Origin: a virus | Taxonomy: Duplodnaviria; Heunggongvirae; Uroviricota; Caudoviricetes | Strand: one strand, 5' to 3' | DNA: 64,000 bases | IMG/VR virus record: IMGVR_UViG_3300031087_000527 | Coordinates: 1-64,000 of that record | Part shown: positions 49,505-59,318 of the stretch, piece after piece | How positions within the stretch are numbered: position 1 is the stretch's first letter | How the letters are laid out: each line of letters starts with the position of its first letter | The notes under the pieces: generated by a model | What the model was told of the DNA's origin: nothing | The model's database searches: none | Seen by the model: only the letters and a program-made list of their open reading frames with translations | Position numbers and translations under genes: made by a program

Positions 49505-49675
49505 ATGATCTTACTGTATGTTGTTCAAGAGAAAAATGAAAAAACCGGACGTGTTGAAGAGATCGTGAGCCACGGTATTAACGCTGAGACAGGTCAGAAT
49601 GTGGTGCTACCCTGGGAGTCGCTAAAATCATTAGGAGCGCACTACTCACAGGAATATGGCTATTATCTACCTTAA
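49505..49675 (+). CDS. 56-aa small protein (not in ORF track)
   Basis: RBS GAGG after promoter; MILLYVVQEK...VSHGINAETG. Confidence 0.65.
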   Translation: MILLYVVQEKNEKTGRVEEIVSHGINAETGQNVVLPWESLKSLGAHYSQEYGYYLP

Positions 49676-49745
49676 TATGTTGTCTTTATTTTAGGTGTGA
49701 TGTATAATAAGTACATAAACCGGAATAAATCACTGAGAGAACGAT

Positions 49746-50078
49746 ATGCAGATCTTAAAAATGGCGTCAGAGATGGTTGAGTCTTTCAATGAGAAGACAG
49801 ATGCTTACCTGCAGAAACAGGCGGATAAACATGGTGTGAGCCTGGATGAATACAAGAAGTGGCTCAACAAACGTTATAAGATTGAGATGGGCCGGAAGTA
49901 TCTCAAGATCTGGTATAGCAGCAACGAAAATAAATCCATCGTGATGTTTATTGATGAAAATGGTGATATCTTCAAGCCTGCTGGCGTTAATAAGGTTGCT
50001 GCAGGTATCCGTGGAAATATTGCCGATTGGCAATCATGCCTTAATATCCAGCCAAACTCTCACCTTGTATTTCTCTGA
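49746..50078 (+). CDS. conserved phage protein (GRKY.KI...F(I/V)D..GD(I/V).KPA)
   Basis: Motif recalled from T4-like and jumbo phages. Confidence 0.75.
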   Translation: MQILKMASEMVESFNEKTDAYLQKQADKHGVSLDEYKKWLNKRYKIEMGRKYLKIWYSSNENKSIVMFIDENGDIFKPAGVNKVAAGIRGNIADWQSCLNIQPNSHLVFL

Positions 50079-50196
50079 CAAGCCGCCTCCGGGCGGTTTT
50101 TTAATGCCTAAGTTGGCATAACATATAAAGAAATCCTATTTGTAGTGAGCGCCTGATTTTGTATAATGAAGATATAGAAATCAGAGAGGTGTAATC

Positions 50197-50502
50197 ATGA
50201 AGCTATCCATTAGTGTTTTGCTGCAGCAAGAATGTGGTGGTTGGGCTAATGTGCTCTATCAGGTTCTGGATTCTTCACAAACGGAACGATACGATATTAT
50301 CAGGAAAGAGCTTGTCAAAAAAATGGCTATTAAGCTTAATCGTCGTGAAAAAAAGCTGAAAAAGACGCATGTTTTATTAAGCGGTCAAGAACTTTTTGAT
50401 AAAGGGCTTTCTACATTAAATGATTATTTTTCAGATATGCAGGTAAGTCAAGGAAGTAAGATGGAGATAATATTTAACGAGTGGAGCGATAAAAGCGCTT
50501 GA
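50197..50502 (+). CDS. hypothetical protein
   Basis: RBS GAGGTG. Confidence 0.7.
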   Translation: MKLSISVLLQQECGGWANVLYQVLDSSQTERYDIIRKELVKKMAIKLNRREKKLKKTHVLLSGQELFDKGLSTLNDYFSDMQVSQGSKMEIIFNEWSDKSA

Positions 50503-50558
50503 AGTGAAAACACGTTGTTGCTATAATCCTTTTAATCTAACAAACAGGATAAAATAAA

Positions 50559-51224
50559 ATGCACTCTGTTCTGACTTTTATGCGTGAAAAACGTTCTGAA
50601 TATCACTCACAAGTGAACGAAATGAGAAAATCACTTAATGAGGAAATGGATCAAAAGCTGGCGAAGAATCTGGATATCTACATGACCGATTCGGATGCGG
50701 AAGAAGGTGAGTCTGCATCTTTGCTGGATATTTTGAATGTATTGCGTAAACGCGTTGTGGTGCCAGCATCAATGAAACAGGATTTTGAGTCGCTGGATAA
50801 AGTGCTGGCTGCATTGGAAGTGCGTGTTCGTGTGGGTGAAGATGACCGCCGTGAAGCAGTGAAGGATTTGAATGTAAAAATCGAGAAGCTGACTCAGAAA
50901 ACTGCCAAAGAGTTGGGTGATGCGGTTGATTTTAACGAGCTACGCATTGTCGCTATCAAAGTGGGCAAGCTGGATAAAGCACAAGAGAAGAAGCTGCTTG
51001 AAGTAATGGCGGATGAAGGTTTCCCGGTCACGGAATCACATGAAGGTCAGTTTTATCGTTTTGTAGGTCGCCTGCATGATAAGCGTGGCCTTAAGAGCTT
51101 GTCTCATGTGGTGTTCAGTAAACTGGAAGGCAAGGTTACTGATGATCGCAATTTTATCTCTAACATCTCCACCTCAACCGTGGGTGTGAAAACTTTCCTC
51201 GAAGGAAAGCATTATTTCCTGTAA
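50559..51224 (+). CDS. coiled-coil protein, paralog family B
   Basis: S(L/M)LD.L..., IK.GKL...GF shared with 55894 and 56672. Confidence 0.8.
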   Translation: MHSVLTFMREKRSEYHSQVNEMRKSLNEEMDQKLAKNLDIYMTDSDAEEGESASLLDILNVLRKRVVVPASMKQDFESLDKVLAALEVRVRVGEDDRREAVKDLNVKIEKLTQKTAKELGDAVDFNELRIVAIKVGKLDKAQEKKLLEVMADEGFPVTESHEGQFYRFVGRLHDKRGLKSLSHVVFSKLEGKVTDDRNFISNISTSTVGVKTFLEGKHYFL

Positions 51225-51345
51225 AACATGTTAATAAAGAAAAGGCCGCTTTGCGGTCTTTTTTATTTGTAGAAACGTAAATCTTGTTGTCTTTTCGTTT
51301 AAGTTTCGCTATAATCACTGGACTTAAATAACTGAGGAAAAGTAA

Positions 51346-52230
51346 ATGGTTGGTGGACTGTTAATGGTTCTGGACGATATTTTGACGATGACTAAAACGG
51401 CGGCAAGTAAAACTGTAGGTGTCTTAGGTGATGACCTTGCGTTGAATGCTGAGCAGGTCTCTGGTGTCAAACCCAATCGTGAGCTTCCTGTGGTGTGGGG
51501 TGTATTCAAGGGATCGCTGATTAATAAGCTAATTCTGGTGCCTGCTGCGCTGCTGATTAGCGTTTTTGTCCCGTGGTTAATGATTCCCCTGCTGATGGTA
51601 GGTGGTGCCTTCTTATGTTTTGAAGGTGTGGAGAATCTCAAAGAGAAGTTCTTCAACAAAGAAAAGGTTCAGGCGCATCAGGAGCAACATCTGGCAAACC
51701 TGGAGCTTTCTAAAGAAGAGATGCTCAAGCAAGAGAAGAAAAAGATTAAAGGCGCTGTCAGGACTGACTTTATTCTTTCGGCTGAGATTATTGTGATCTC
51801 GCTGAGTGCGATTAGTGCTTATCCGCTGATGCAGAAGATTATCGCCCTAAGCATCTTAGGCGTAGGTTTTACGGTATTTGTGTATGGTATTGTGGCCCTG
51901 ATTGTAAAGCTGGATGATATTGGTTTCTGGCTGGACGCTAAAAAATCAGCAGTAGCAAAGCTGGTTGGTCGTGGCTTTATTAACGTAGTGCCGTGGTTGA
52001 TGAAAGCCCTGTCGCTGATTGGTCTGGTGGCGATGTTTTTGGTGGGTGGTGGTATCATTGTTCATGGCCTTCATCCCATTGCTGAGTTTATCACGCATAT
52101 TTCTCCAGCAGGTTGGGCAGGTGCTTTAGTCTCAATGGGTGGAAATGCGGTAGTTGCTTTGGTAGTGGGTATTGTGATTGTGTTGATTCATGATCTGGTG
52201 CTAAAAATGATGGGGCGAAAAGCTCACTAA
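51346..52230 (+). CDS. yedI: DUF808 / YedI inner membrane protein
   Basis: LDDI..MTK.A.KT.GVLGDDLALNAEQV.G...RELPVVW; AVRTDFILSAEI; IVKLDDIG; MFLVGGGI.VHG. Confidence 0.92.
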   Translation: MVGGLLMVLDDILTMTKTAASKTVGVLGDDLALNAEQVSGVKPNRELPVVWGVFKGSLINKLILVPAALLISVFVPWLMIPLLMVGGAFLCFEGVENLKEKFFNKEKVQAHQEQHLANLELSKEEMLKQEKKKIKGAVRTDFILSAEIIVISLSAISAYPLMQKIIALSILGVGFTVFVYGIVALIVKLDDIGFWLDAKKSAVAKLVGRGFINVVPWLMKALSLIGLVAMFLVGGGIIVHGLHPIAEFITHISPAGWAGALVSMGGNAVVALVVGIVIVLIHDLVLKMMGRKAH

Positions 52231-52318
52231 CACAGAAAGCCATCTTCGGGTGGCTTTTTTATTGTATGGCATAAAGAGTTGCTGTATAATGGCAACAAAT
52301 AAACCATGAGGTCTGAAA

Positions 52319-52879
52319 ATGTCGCGTTCATATTTTGTTCAGGAATATCGATTAGAAGGTGAGATGCTGCTTTACTCGCCACATGTCGTATTGTTATCTG
52401 TAGATCCTGATACCTTTATTCTTGAGCTTTATGAAAAGCTGTATGCTTTCATGGCGACAGGAAAAGATATTGAGAGCAATGATTTCATTGAAGTGTGTGG
52501 TGTTAGCGTTCGTCTTGCTGATGTATTAGAGCAAGGGATGGGCCAGTTTAACTATGAAATCAAAGATCCTGATATTATTGATCTGGATTCGGTAGAGCCG
52601 ATTAAGATTGGTGAGCGCGGTGGCAATCTCTTTATGATGGAAAAGCGGGAGTATTTGCCGGATACTGAGGATGATTTTAATATCCGTTTTATCCCGGTTG
52701 AGATTGACAGTCAAAAGACGTTTGAGGACGAGTTCAAAAAGGCTTGTGAAAAGTATGCGCGTCGTGGAGAAATCCATGTTGAGTTTTACGATCTTTATTT
52801 CAGTATGGATGATGTTTGTGAGTTCGAAAGAAATAAGCTGACTGTGTTTTATCCGCATTTGACAGCTATACCTCAATAA
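52319..52879 (+). CDS. acidic hypothetical protein
   Basis: RBS GAGGT. Confidence 0.75.
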   Translation: MSRSYFVQEYRLEGEMLLYSPHVVLLSVDPDTFILELYEKLYAFMATGKDIESNDFIEVCGVSVRLADVLEQGMGQFNYEIKDPDIIDLDSVEPIKIGERGGNLFMMEKREYLPDTEDDFNIRFIPVEIDSQKTFEDEFKKACEKYARRGEIHVEFYDLYFSMDDVCEFERNKLTVFYPHLTAIPQ

Positions 52880-52918
52880 GCCACCAGCAGGTAGCTATTT
52901 CTATTTAAAGGAGTGTGA

Positions 52919-53419
52919 ATGTATACAAAAGAAGAAAGGCTTGCTTTTTTAAATGATGCTCAGAGGGCGGCGCTAATTGAGAAAAGGGCATGGCTGGAAA
53001 AACTGGCGGGCGGCACAAAAGTTGAGCGGGATATTTCTATGCTTCTTCTTAGCAGTGCGAAAAGTTTTAAATCAATGAATGATAACTCCATGAGTATGGT
53101 TTTTGATGCTATGGGGTTGGGCTATTTTTATGGTCTTGAGCTTCAGGAGTTATTGGTTGAATATGGCTTGCCTGATAGTAACGAGCGAAATATCGATGGC
53201 TATCCTGCGATCATTGAATATATTGGAAATACGCCGGACACTCAGATGACGGAAGTGTTATATATGATTCTTTGTCACTTGCGTTTATGCGTGAACTTTG
53301 CGGAGCGGAGTGATTCAAAAGAGGCTGCTGAGATCTTGGCTCCAGCGAAGGAGATGTTTGAGAAAGTAAAAGCAATCATCGGTTCAGAAAAAATCGATGT
53401 TAACTATTTAACAAAATGA
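52919..53419 (+). CDS. hypothetical protein
   Basis: RBS AGGAG. Confidence 0.75.
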   Translation: MYTKEERLAFLNDAQRAALIEKRAWLEKLAGGTKVERDISMLLLSSAKSFKSMNDNSMSMVFDAMGLGYFYGLELQELLVEYGLPDSNERNIDGYPAIIEYIGNTPDTQMTEVLYMILCHLRLCVNFAERSDSKEAAEILAPAKEMFEKVKAIIGSEKIDVNYLTK

Positions 53420-53426
53420 GGTATAT

Positions 53427-53897
53427 ATGAAAAAAGCATTATTGCTGTGCGTAGCGTTGGTGTTGACTGCTTGTGCTCAAAATAAAGAAGTATCAAAAGA
53501 TGTTCGATTTGAAAAAGGGAAGGTGCTTTCTGAGGCCTCGAAAACATGCTCTATGGAAATCATGGTTAAATCGGGACGGGACATTATTTTCAAAAGGAAT
53601 GAAAAGTGCTTAGAGAGTTTTGTAGTTAATATTGGGAAAAATAATCAGTTAGTGTGGAGTTATCAAGGGAGTATTGCTCCATCTTCTAATTCAGATAATA
53701 TCACAGCCAAGATGGTTATGCTTATGTTTGGCGAAAAAATGATAGGTTATAGTGAAATGACAACCTCAAGAGGTGATTATATTGTGATGCCACAAGTGCC
53801 TGAGAGGGATGTTATACAATATGCTAACCTAAATCCGGGTAAGACTTATAATATAAGTTTTGAAGGACTTGATTTTTCTATTACGATGAACAAATAA
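53427..53897 (+). CDS. lipoprotein
   Basis: MKK + hydrophobic + LTAC lipobox. Confidence 0.8.
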   Translation: MKKALLLCVALVLTACAQNKEVSKDVRFEKGKVLSEASKTCSMEIMVKSGRDIIFKRNEKCLESFVVNIGKNNQLVWSYQGSIAPSSNSDNITAKMVMLMFGEKMIGYSEMTTSRGDYIVMPQVPERDVIQYANLNPGKTYNISFEGLDFSITMNK

Positions 53898-53960
53898 AAA
53901 GATTGTGCATTCCATTTATTGGCGTTATAATGGATTATTAACTGCGAAAAGGAAAGTAAA

Positions 53961-54428
53961 ATGGAACAAAAGTCAGATGTGATGAAAAAGCTCAACGGTA
54001 AGCTGCGCGTGTTAAAGCATAATCCGTTGTTCAAGTTCAAGGAGTTCAACACCTCAGCGGCTCGTCATGAGAGCAAAAGTGAGAAAGATGATTACGTGCT
54101 TATCCTGAACCTGCAGGATGGTAGTCGTGATAGTCTTGCGATCTCTGTTAACTATAAAGGTAAAACTGAGGAAGACGCTACGGTTGTGGTTAGTTGTGCC
54201 AAAGCTGTGCATGATCCACTTGCTGGTTTCTATGGCGCTTATCGATCAGAAAATATTGTGCGTTCAGAGCCACTATCATTTGATGAGTTTTCTCTGTTGC
54301 TCAATGGTTTTAATTGTGTGCTTCAAGCGCCAGAGTTTGAGAAAAAGAACGTGGTCAGAGATTTTTGTGAGTTAATGGAAGTAGATGGCCCGGAAGAAAT
54401 AGTAATGAGTCGTCCAAGAATGCGTTAA
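53961..54428 (+). CDS. hypothetical protein
   Basis: RBS AAGGA. Confidence 0.75.
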   Translation: MEQKSDVMKKLNGKLRVLKHNPLFKFKEFNTSAARHESKSEKDDYVLILNLQDGSRDSLAISVNYKGKTEEDATVVVSCAKAVHDPLAGFYGAYRSENIVRSEPLSFDEFSLLLNGFNCVLQAPEFEKKNVVRDFCELMEVDGPEEIVMSRPRMR

Positions 54429-54462
54429 GCAATAAAGAAAAGCCTCTTTTGAGGCTTTTTTA

Positions 54463-54822
54463 TTAGAGGTCTAAAAGTTGGTCTAAAAGAGAGTTATCAA
54501 TAGAGCATTTCCACGGTTTGAGAAAATCAGCAAGGTCATCTACTTCAATGGTTTGATAATCAAAATCATCATCCTCAGAAAAGGCTTCACACCATTTTTC
54601 ATCGGCATCTTTTCCGTTAACATCATATAAGTCGCGATCTATCTGAACGACCATGTGGGAATACCAATCAAGATCATCTGAAGCATCGTGGCGTATAATG
54701 GCAATAAGTTTTCCGCCAAAACGTTTTAAGAAGGCTAAGGCAAAAGTATGGCATTGCCCATGTTCGAAAATAGTCGGGTCGAAAGTTGTATTTGCCTTTT
54801 CTAAAAAACACTGAATATTCAT
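54463..54822 (-). CDS. papain/transglutaminase-like small protein
   Basis: GQCHTFA...SH....YDVNG (Cys-His-Asp order). Confidence 0.6.
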   Translation of the reverse strand: MNIQCFLEKANTTFDPTIFEHGQCHTFALAFLKRFGGKLIAIIRHDASDDLDWYSHMVVQIDRDLYDVNGKDADEKWCEAFSEDDDFDYQTIEVDDLADFLKPWKCSIDNSLLDQLLDL

Positions 54823-54888
54823 AGTAGCTCCTATTTTGATTGGCTGTATTATATCAAAACAGTATTTTAAAATAAACGTTTATTTAAA

Positions 54889-55491
54889 TTAAAGTGGATA
54901 ACAGGAGATTATTAGACCCTCATAATCAGCAATGGTATAGCGAGTATTATTTTCTTCATGAGAAAATGTTCTAAAAGTTATTTTCCCCAGCTTGAACTTT
55001 CTTTTTCTTTTTAATAGATGTGGTTCCACTGAAAATGTATCTGATAAATGTTTTTTCAAAAAAGCTGTATCGATTTTATTTATTTGGTGTTCAGGGTTAG
55101 AAAGCGATTTGCCTAGAACAATACTCACGACTTCAATAAGTTGTTTTTCAGAGATTTCATCATTAGGGAGAGCGGCGCAATAACCTTCCAGATGATAAGG
55201 ATCAAATAAATCATTATCTGTTAGAGGTTTAAATAATACTTCTGCAATTAAGCCCATATTATGTGATGAGTCTAAGTATTTTCCGTTTGTTAAAAAACCA
55301 AACATAAATGCCGGACAGTCATCCTCGTATTCGAGTTCACCTAAGATTATTGACTGATAATCATTAATGGTTTCAATTTCATACTCATCAAAGTCTGGAT
55401 CATTTTCTTTTACATATTTTTTGACCCATTCAATATCATAAAGTGGGAGTGTTATATTTAGTTGTTTTTCTTTTATTTGTTTCCAGTTCAT
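54889..55491 (-). CDS. hypothetical protein
   Basis: RBS AGGAG on minus strand. Confidence 0.7.
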   Translation of the reverse strand: MNWKQIKEKQLNITLPLYDIEWVKKYVKENDPDFDEYEIETINDYQSIILGELEYEDDCPAFMFGFLTNGKYLDSSHNMGLIAEVLFKPLTDNDLFDPYHLEGYCAALPNDEISEKQLIEVVSIVLGKSLSNPEHQINKIDTAFLKKHLSDTFSVEPHLLKRKRKFKLGKITFRTFSHEENNTRYTIADYEGLIISCYPL

Positions 55492-55600
55492 GTGCGCTCC
55501 TATTTTAAAAAAGAATAATTGAAAACTTGTGCATGATCAAGCTTTTTGCTATACTTACTTTATTGAAACGACATGATTATCTTAAAAAGAGGAAATCAAA

Positions 55601-55810
55601 ATGGGCTTTAAGCTGAACATTGTAACGATTGATGATGGTGAGATTGAAGAGATTTTGGGCAGTGCTAACGATGCGCTGGATTACCTTTGCGACAAGGTTG
55701 ATCCTGAGCTGGTTAGTCAAATGAAACTGACCACGCCATCTGGTCATGAAGTATCTGGCTACTGTGCGATTTGTGAATGGTTGGTAAAATCGGAGCGAGT
55801 TAAAGCTTAA
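55601..55810 (+). CDS. hypothetical protein
   Basis: RBS GAGGA. Confidence 0.7.
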   Translation: MGFKLNIVTIDDGEIEEILGSANDALDYLCDKVDPELVSQMKLTTPSGHEVSGYCAICEWLVKSERVKA

Positions 55811-55893
55811 AGTTGATATAAGATAGCCGCCCGTATGAGCGGCAGTAAACCTATTAATGTTAGCAAATAAAAAACACAGCAAAGGTAAATAGC

Positions 55894-56568
55894 ATGTCAA
55901 AGTCTTTCGTTGAGCTTCAAGATGAGATTTTATCGGTTTTAGTAGAAGCTGAAAAAGCTAAGCGTAGTCGTCTGGTTGAACCAGATTGCCATATTAAGCC
56001 TTTGCTTAATGCTAATCTAAAGATTAGTGGAAGCCGTGATGAAGTGTCTTTGCTTCGGACTCTTGAGAGTATTGTGAGAAGTAGCAAAACAAAAGCTATT
56101 CATAAAGATTATCGTGATGAACTTGCGGCGCTTGAGCCACTTATGCAAAGGCTCAGAGCTGACGATCTGGCGGTTCAGATTTCTAATATGGATGCCAAGC
56201 AATTACGTGAAAAAATAATCAAAGATATGGATATGGCTCGTGATGAGAAAATTGCAAAACTAACTGACAATCGTCAGTTCTATCAGGTCATGATTAAAGC
56301 TGGTAAGATTTCTCAAGAAAAGACTGACGCTGTTAATGCTTTTTTTGCTCATAAAGGTTTTACAGGTCCAGAAATCAAAGACGGATGGATTTATTTTGCA
56401 GGCTTATCGGATGAAGGCTGTTTTGAAATTCGCACTGCAGTTATGAGATTAATACAAAATACAAGCGGATACTTTATCCGTCAGGAAGTGGATGTTTGGG
56501 AAGAAGGTATTGCCAAGGCATGGTTTGATAAAGTTGAGCATATTATATCGACCTCTTGCGCGGCCTGA
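55894..56568 (+). CDS. paralog family B protein
   Basis: MSKS(F/Y)..L..EI; tandem with 56672. Confidence 0.8.
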   Translation: MSKSFVELQDEILSVLVEAEKAKRSRLVEPDCHIKPLLNANLKISGSRDEVSLLRTLESIVRSSKTKAIHKDYRDELAALEPLMQRLRADDLAVQISNMDAKQLREKIIKDMDMARDEKIAKLTDNRQFYQVMIKAGKISQEKTDAVNAFFAHKGFTGPEIKDGWIYFAGLSDEGCFEIRTAVMRLIQNTSGYFIRQEVDVWEEGIAKAWFDKVEHIISTSCAA

Positions 56569-56671
56569 TAAAGCAATGAAGAAAAAGCTTGCTCTTAATG
56601 TCAACATTAGGTAAGATGCTTCTTATTGAAACGATGTTTCTCAACACACTATCTCTAAAAGGTAAAAAAAC

Positions 56672-57346
56672 ATGTCCAAGTCTTATACTGCTCTGCGTTC
56701 TGAAATTATTTCTATTTTAGCTAAGGCTGAGCTTGCTATTCGCGCTCGTGTTGCTGAATTGGATTGTGAGACTCAAGAGCCTCGAAATCTCGATCTGGAT
56801 GTGATTGATGAGGATTATTGTGGTTGCTCGGTCAGCATGATTGATGCACTGGAAGATATTGTTGAAAAAAACAACAAAGGTTTAATCCATTCTGATTATC
56901 AGGCAGACATGAAAAATATCGAATCATTCCTTGCGAAACTGAAAGCTGATGAAGATCGCATTAAATCAGTTAATGGTGATGCGCTGACTGTTCGTGGTCG
57001 TGCTGTGGCTGAAATCAAGCTGGAGCGTGATACGGAGATTGCTGAGCTGGTTGGTAATCAGGTATTGTTTAACGTTCGCGTGAAAACCGGTAAGTTGTCA
57101 GAAGATCAAGTGAAAGCAGTAAATACGCTGTTTGCCGAAAAAGGTTTTGTTGGTGGTGTGGTTCAGGGAACTAACTGGAGTAATTTTACTGGCTTGACAG
57201 AGTGCTCTGCTGATGATCTGTATGCTGAGGTTGTATCGGCAGTGCCTAACACCACGAAAAACTTCATTGGCAAAAAAGTGAAAGTTTCACAGTATGATTT
57301 AGCTAATAGCTTCCATGCTGAGGTTCGTAATATCGTAGGATATTAA
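56672..57346 (+). CDS. paralog family B protein
   Basis: Same length (224 aa) and motifs as 55894. Confidence 0.8.
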   Translation: MSKSYTALRSEIISILAKAELAIRARVAELDCETQEPRNLDLDVIDEDYCGCSVSMIDALEDIVEKNNKGLIHSDYQADMKNIESFLAKLKADEDRIKSVNGDALTVRGRAVAEIKLERDTEIAELVGNQVLFNVRVKTGKLSEDQVKAVNTLFAEKGFVGGVVQGTNWSNFTGLTECSADDLYAEVVSAVPNTTKNFIGKKVKVSQYDLANSFHAEVRNIVGY

Positions 57347-57477
57347 TACTCAGGATTATAAATAAGAATGTAAAGGCCATCCAGCAGGGTGGCTTTTTTG
57401 TTTTAATGAAGATAATTATTGTCATTAATGATGCCTTCCTGTTATAATGAATCACTTACTTAAAAGGAAAACTCTTT

Positions 57478-57939
57478 ATGTGTGAAAAAACGTTCAGTGC
57501 CAGCAATCTAATTGAATCTCTGAAAGGTCATAGTCTTACCGGAGAAGCAAAAGCATTCTTTGATAAGCTTGTTAAAGACAGCGAAGGTCGTCGTGCGCAG
57601 TTGGAGATGCGTCCTCGCCTGATGATTGATATTGAGATCAGTGAGTGCGCTGTTGTGCTGATTGAGCGTGATAAATATTTCAGCAAGGAAGAAGTTGAAA
57701 TGCTGGAAGGGGAGACCTATTTTGATACAGTTCTTCGCCATCTGAAAACTATCCCGTTTACATCTAATGACGAAGGCGCTGTTAAAGGCGTTATAGCTGA
57801 GATTGAAAGCTATAAAGGGCTTAACTCTGCTATTGAGGCGTTAGGTGAGGATCAAATTTTTACTGGAGAGATGGATATCTTTATCAGTAAAGTTAATACG
57901 CCTACCGCAACATTAATCCAAATCGATCTGACACGCTAA
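57478..57939 (+). CDS. paralog family A protein
   Basis: SLKG..L.G.A..F.D.L; ends IDLTR. Confidence 0.75.
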   Translation: MCEKTFSASNLIESLKGHSLTGEAKAFFDKLVKDSEGRRAQLEMRPRLMIDIEISECAVVLIERDKYFSKEEVEMLEGETYFDTVLRHLKTIPFTSNDEGAVKGVIAEIESYKGLNSAIEALGEDQIFTGEMDIFISKVNTPTATLIQIDLTR

Positions 57940-57948
57940 GAGGTCATC

Positions 57949-58587
57949 ATGATAGGTCATTTCCCGAAAGTTTCTGCTGCTTCACTGTTTCATTGGGGAA
58001 CGATGAACAGTGAAGATATTAGTAAGAAAACCGGTTCTTATGAGGGAAATAACCTATCTCTTTCAGTCTGTCCTGAGAAATGGGCAAAACTACTTAACTT
58101 AAAATCGTCTGATAAACTGTTTTCTTTTTCTAAAGAGAAGAGCGAGTTCATTAGTATTTTGCCTTTAATGAAATCAGAGCGTTATGCTGAGACGCGCTTC
58201 AAGTTATTAGAGCTTGCAGTAGATGAAGATCTGCTGAAAAAAGATCTGGTCTATCGTGTTGAGTTCGAGGATGCTGAAACTGAAGAGTTATGTTTCATGA
58301 CATTTTCCGACTATGCTAAGGCGCTAAATGAGAGCGAAAGCGAAGATCAGATTAAGGCTGAGTTTTGCTATATTGGAACACAGAAACTTTGCGAAGCATT
58401 GGGTATTTCTGAGGAGAATGCCCGGTTAAGTGGCGAGAAATATGCCTTTATTGAGCTAATAAAGCGCCATACTGATGTAGACGGGATCTATTGGGCGTAT
58501 AATGATAATATCAATGCGCTGAGTTTGCCTCTGTATTGTATTTTTCCATCAAAAGTAAGTGAGTGGTCATATAAGGAAGTTAAATGA
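57949..58587 (+). CDS. conserved hypothetical (H.G...SYEG..LS.S..P..W)
   Basis: Motif pattern; RBS GAGGT. Confidence 0.7.
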   Translation: MIGHFPKVSAASLFHWGTMNSEDISKKTGSYEGNNLSLSVCPEKWAKLLNLKSSDKLFSFSKEKSEFISILPLMKSERYAETRFKLLELAVDEDLLKKDLVYRVEFEDAETEELCFMTFSDYAKALNESESEDQIKAEFCYIGTQKLCEALGISEENARLSGEKYAFIELIKRHTDVDGIYWAYNDNINALSLPLYCIFPSKVSEWSYKEVK

Positions 58588-59303
58588 AAATATATAAAAA
58601 AGTAGTTCTTCCAATTGAAAGCCGTTTATTTTTTGTCGGTGATATTCATGGTCAATATGATGAGTTGCTGAGAAAGCTTAAAGTGGTTGGTTTTGAGTCT
58701 GGTCGGGATTATCTTATTTCTGAAGGGGATTTGGTTGATCGCGGTCCGAAGATTGCCGAGGTGATTAACTTCTTCATGGAAACGCCGAACTGTTATGGTG
58801 TGATAGGCAATCATGATAACTTTCTGCTTGAGCATGACACTAAGCCTGAGAAATGGTTTAATGACGCTCGCAATGGCTCTGAGGCGACCGTTAAGCAGTT
58901 AGGCGAGTCTAACCTTAAGAAATATAAAAAACTGCTCCTGAGTCATTTCTCGTTGCTTTTAGAAGTTGAGCAAGCGGGAGTGAGTTTTGGTGTTGTTCAT
59001 GGTGGTGTGCCATTTGATAATGATAAGCCTCAGCAATGGCATAAGATTATCAGGAAGGCTAAGCGAAATAAAGGCTACCGGGCTAATCTTATGTGGGACC
59101 GGACTGTGATTCGCAGAGTGCTTGTAGAGGACGCGGATGAGCTTCCTAGTGTATCTGGTATAGATTATCTGATTCATGGTCATACAACGCTTCCTGAGCC
59201 TCTACGTTTCCAAAATCGGTATTATATTGATACTTACGGAAGTAAAAATGAGTTAACGCTGCTACATTTTGATGCGGTAACAAAAGAAATGATTTATCTT
59301 TAA
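58584..59303 (+). CDS. Ser/Thr protein phosphatase, NinI/PphA-type metallophosphoesterase
   Basis: GDIHG, GDLVDRG, GNHD, HGG, HGHT, IDT motifs. Confidence 0.92.
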   Translation: MKIYKKVVLPIESRLFFVGDIHGQYDELLRKLKVVGFESGRDYLISEGDLVDRGPKIAEVINFFMETPNCYGVIGNHDNFLLEHDTKPEKWFNDARNGSEATVKQLGESNLKKYKKLLLSHFSLLLEVEQAGVSFGVVHGGVPFDNDKPQQWHKIIRKAKRNKGYRANLMWDRTVIRRVLVEDADELPSVSGIDYLIHGHTTLPEPLRFQNRYYIDTYGSKNELTLLHFDAVTKEMIYL

Positions 59304-59318
59304 CTAAAAGGAAAGCAA

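Noticed and set aside
44755-54428. Basic C-terminal tails (GFKFK, RPRMR) as proof of T4SS substrates or a conjugative plasmid
   Set aside because: Only two examples and no transfer genes in the window; insufficient to decide phage vs plasmid
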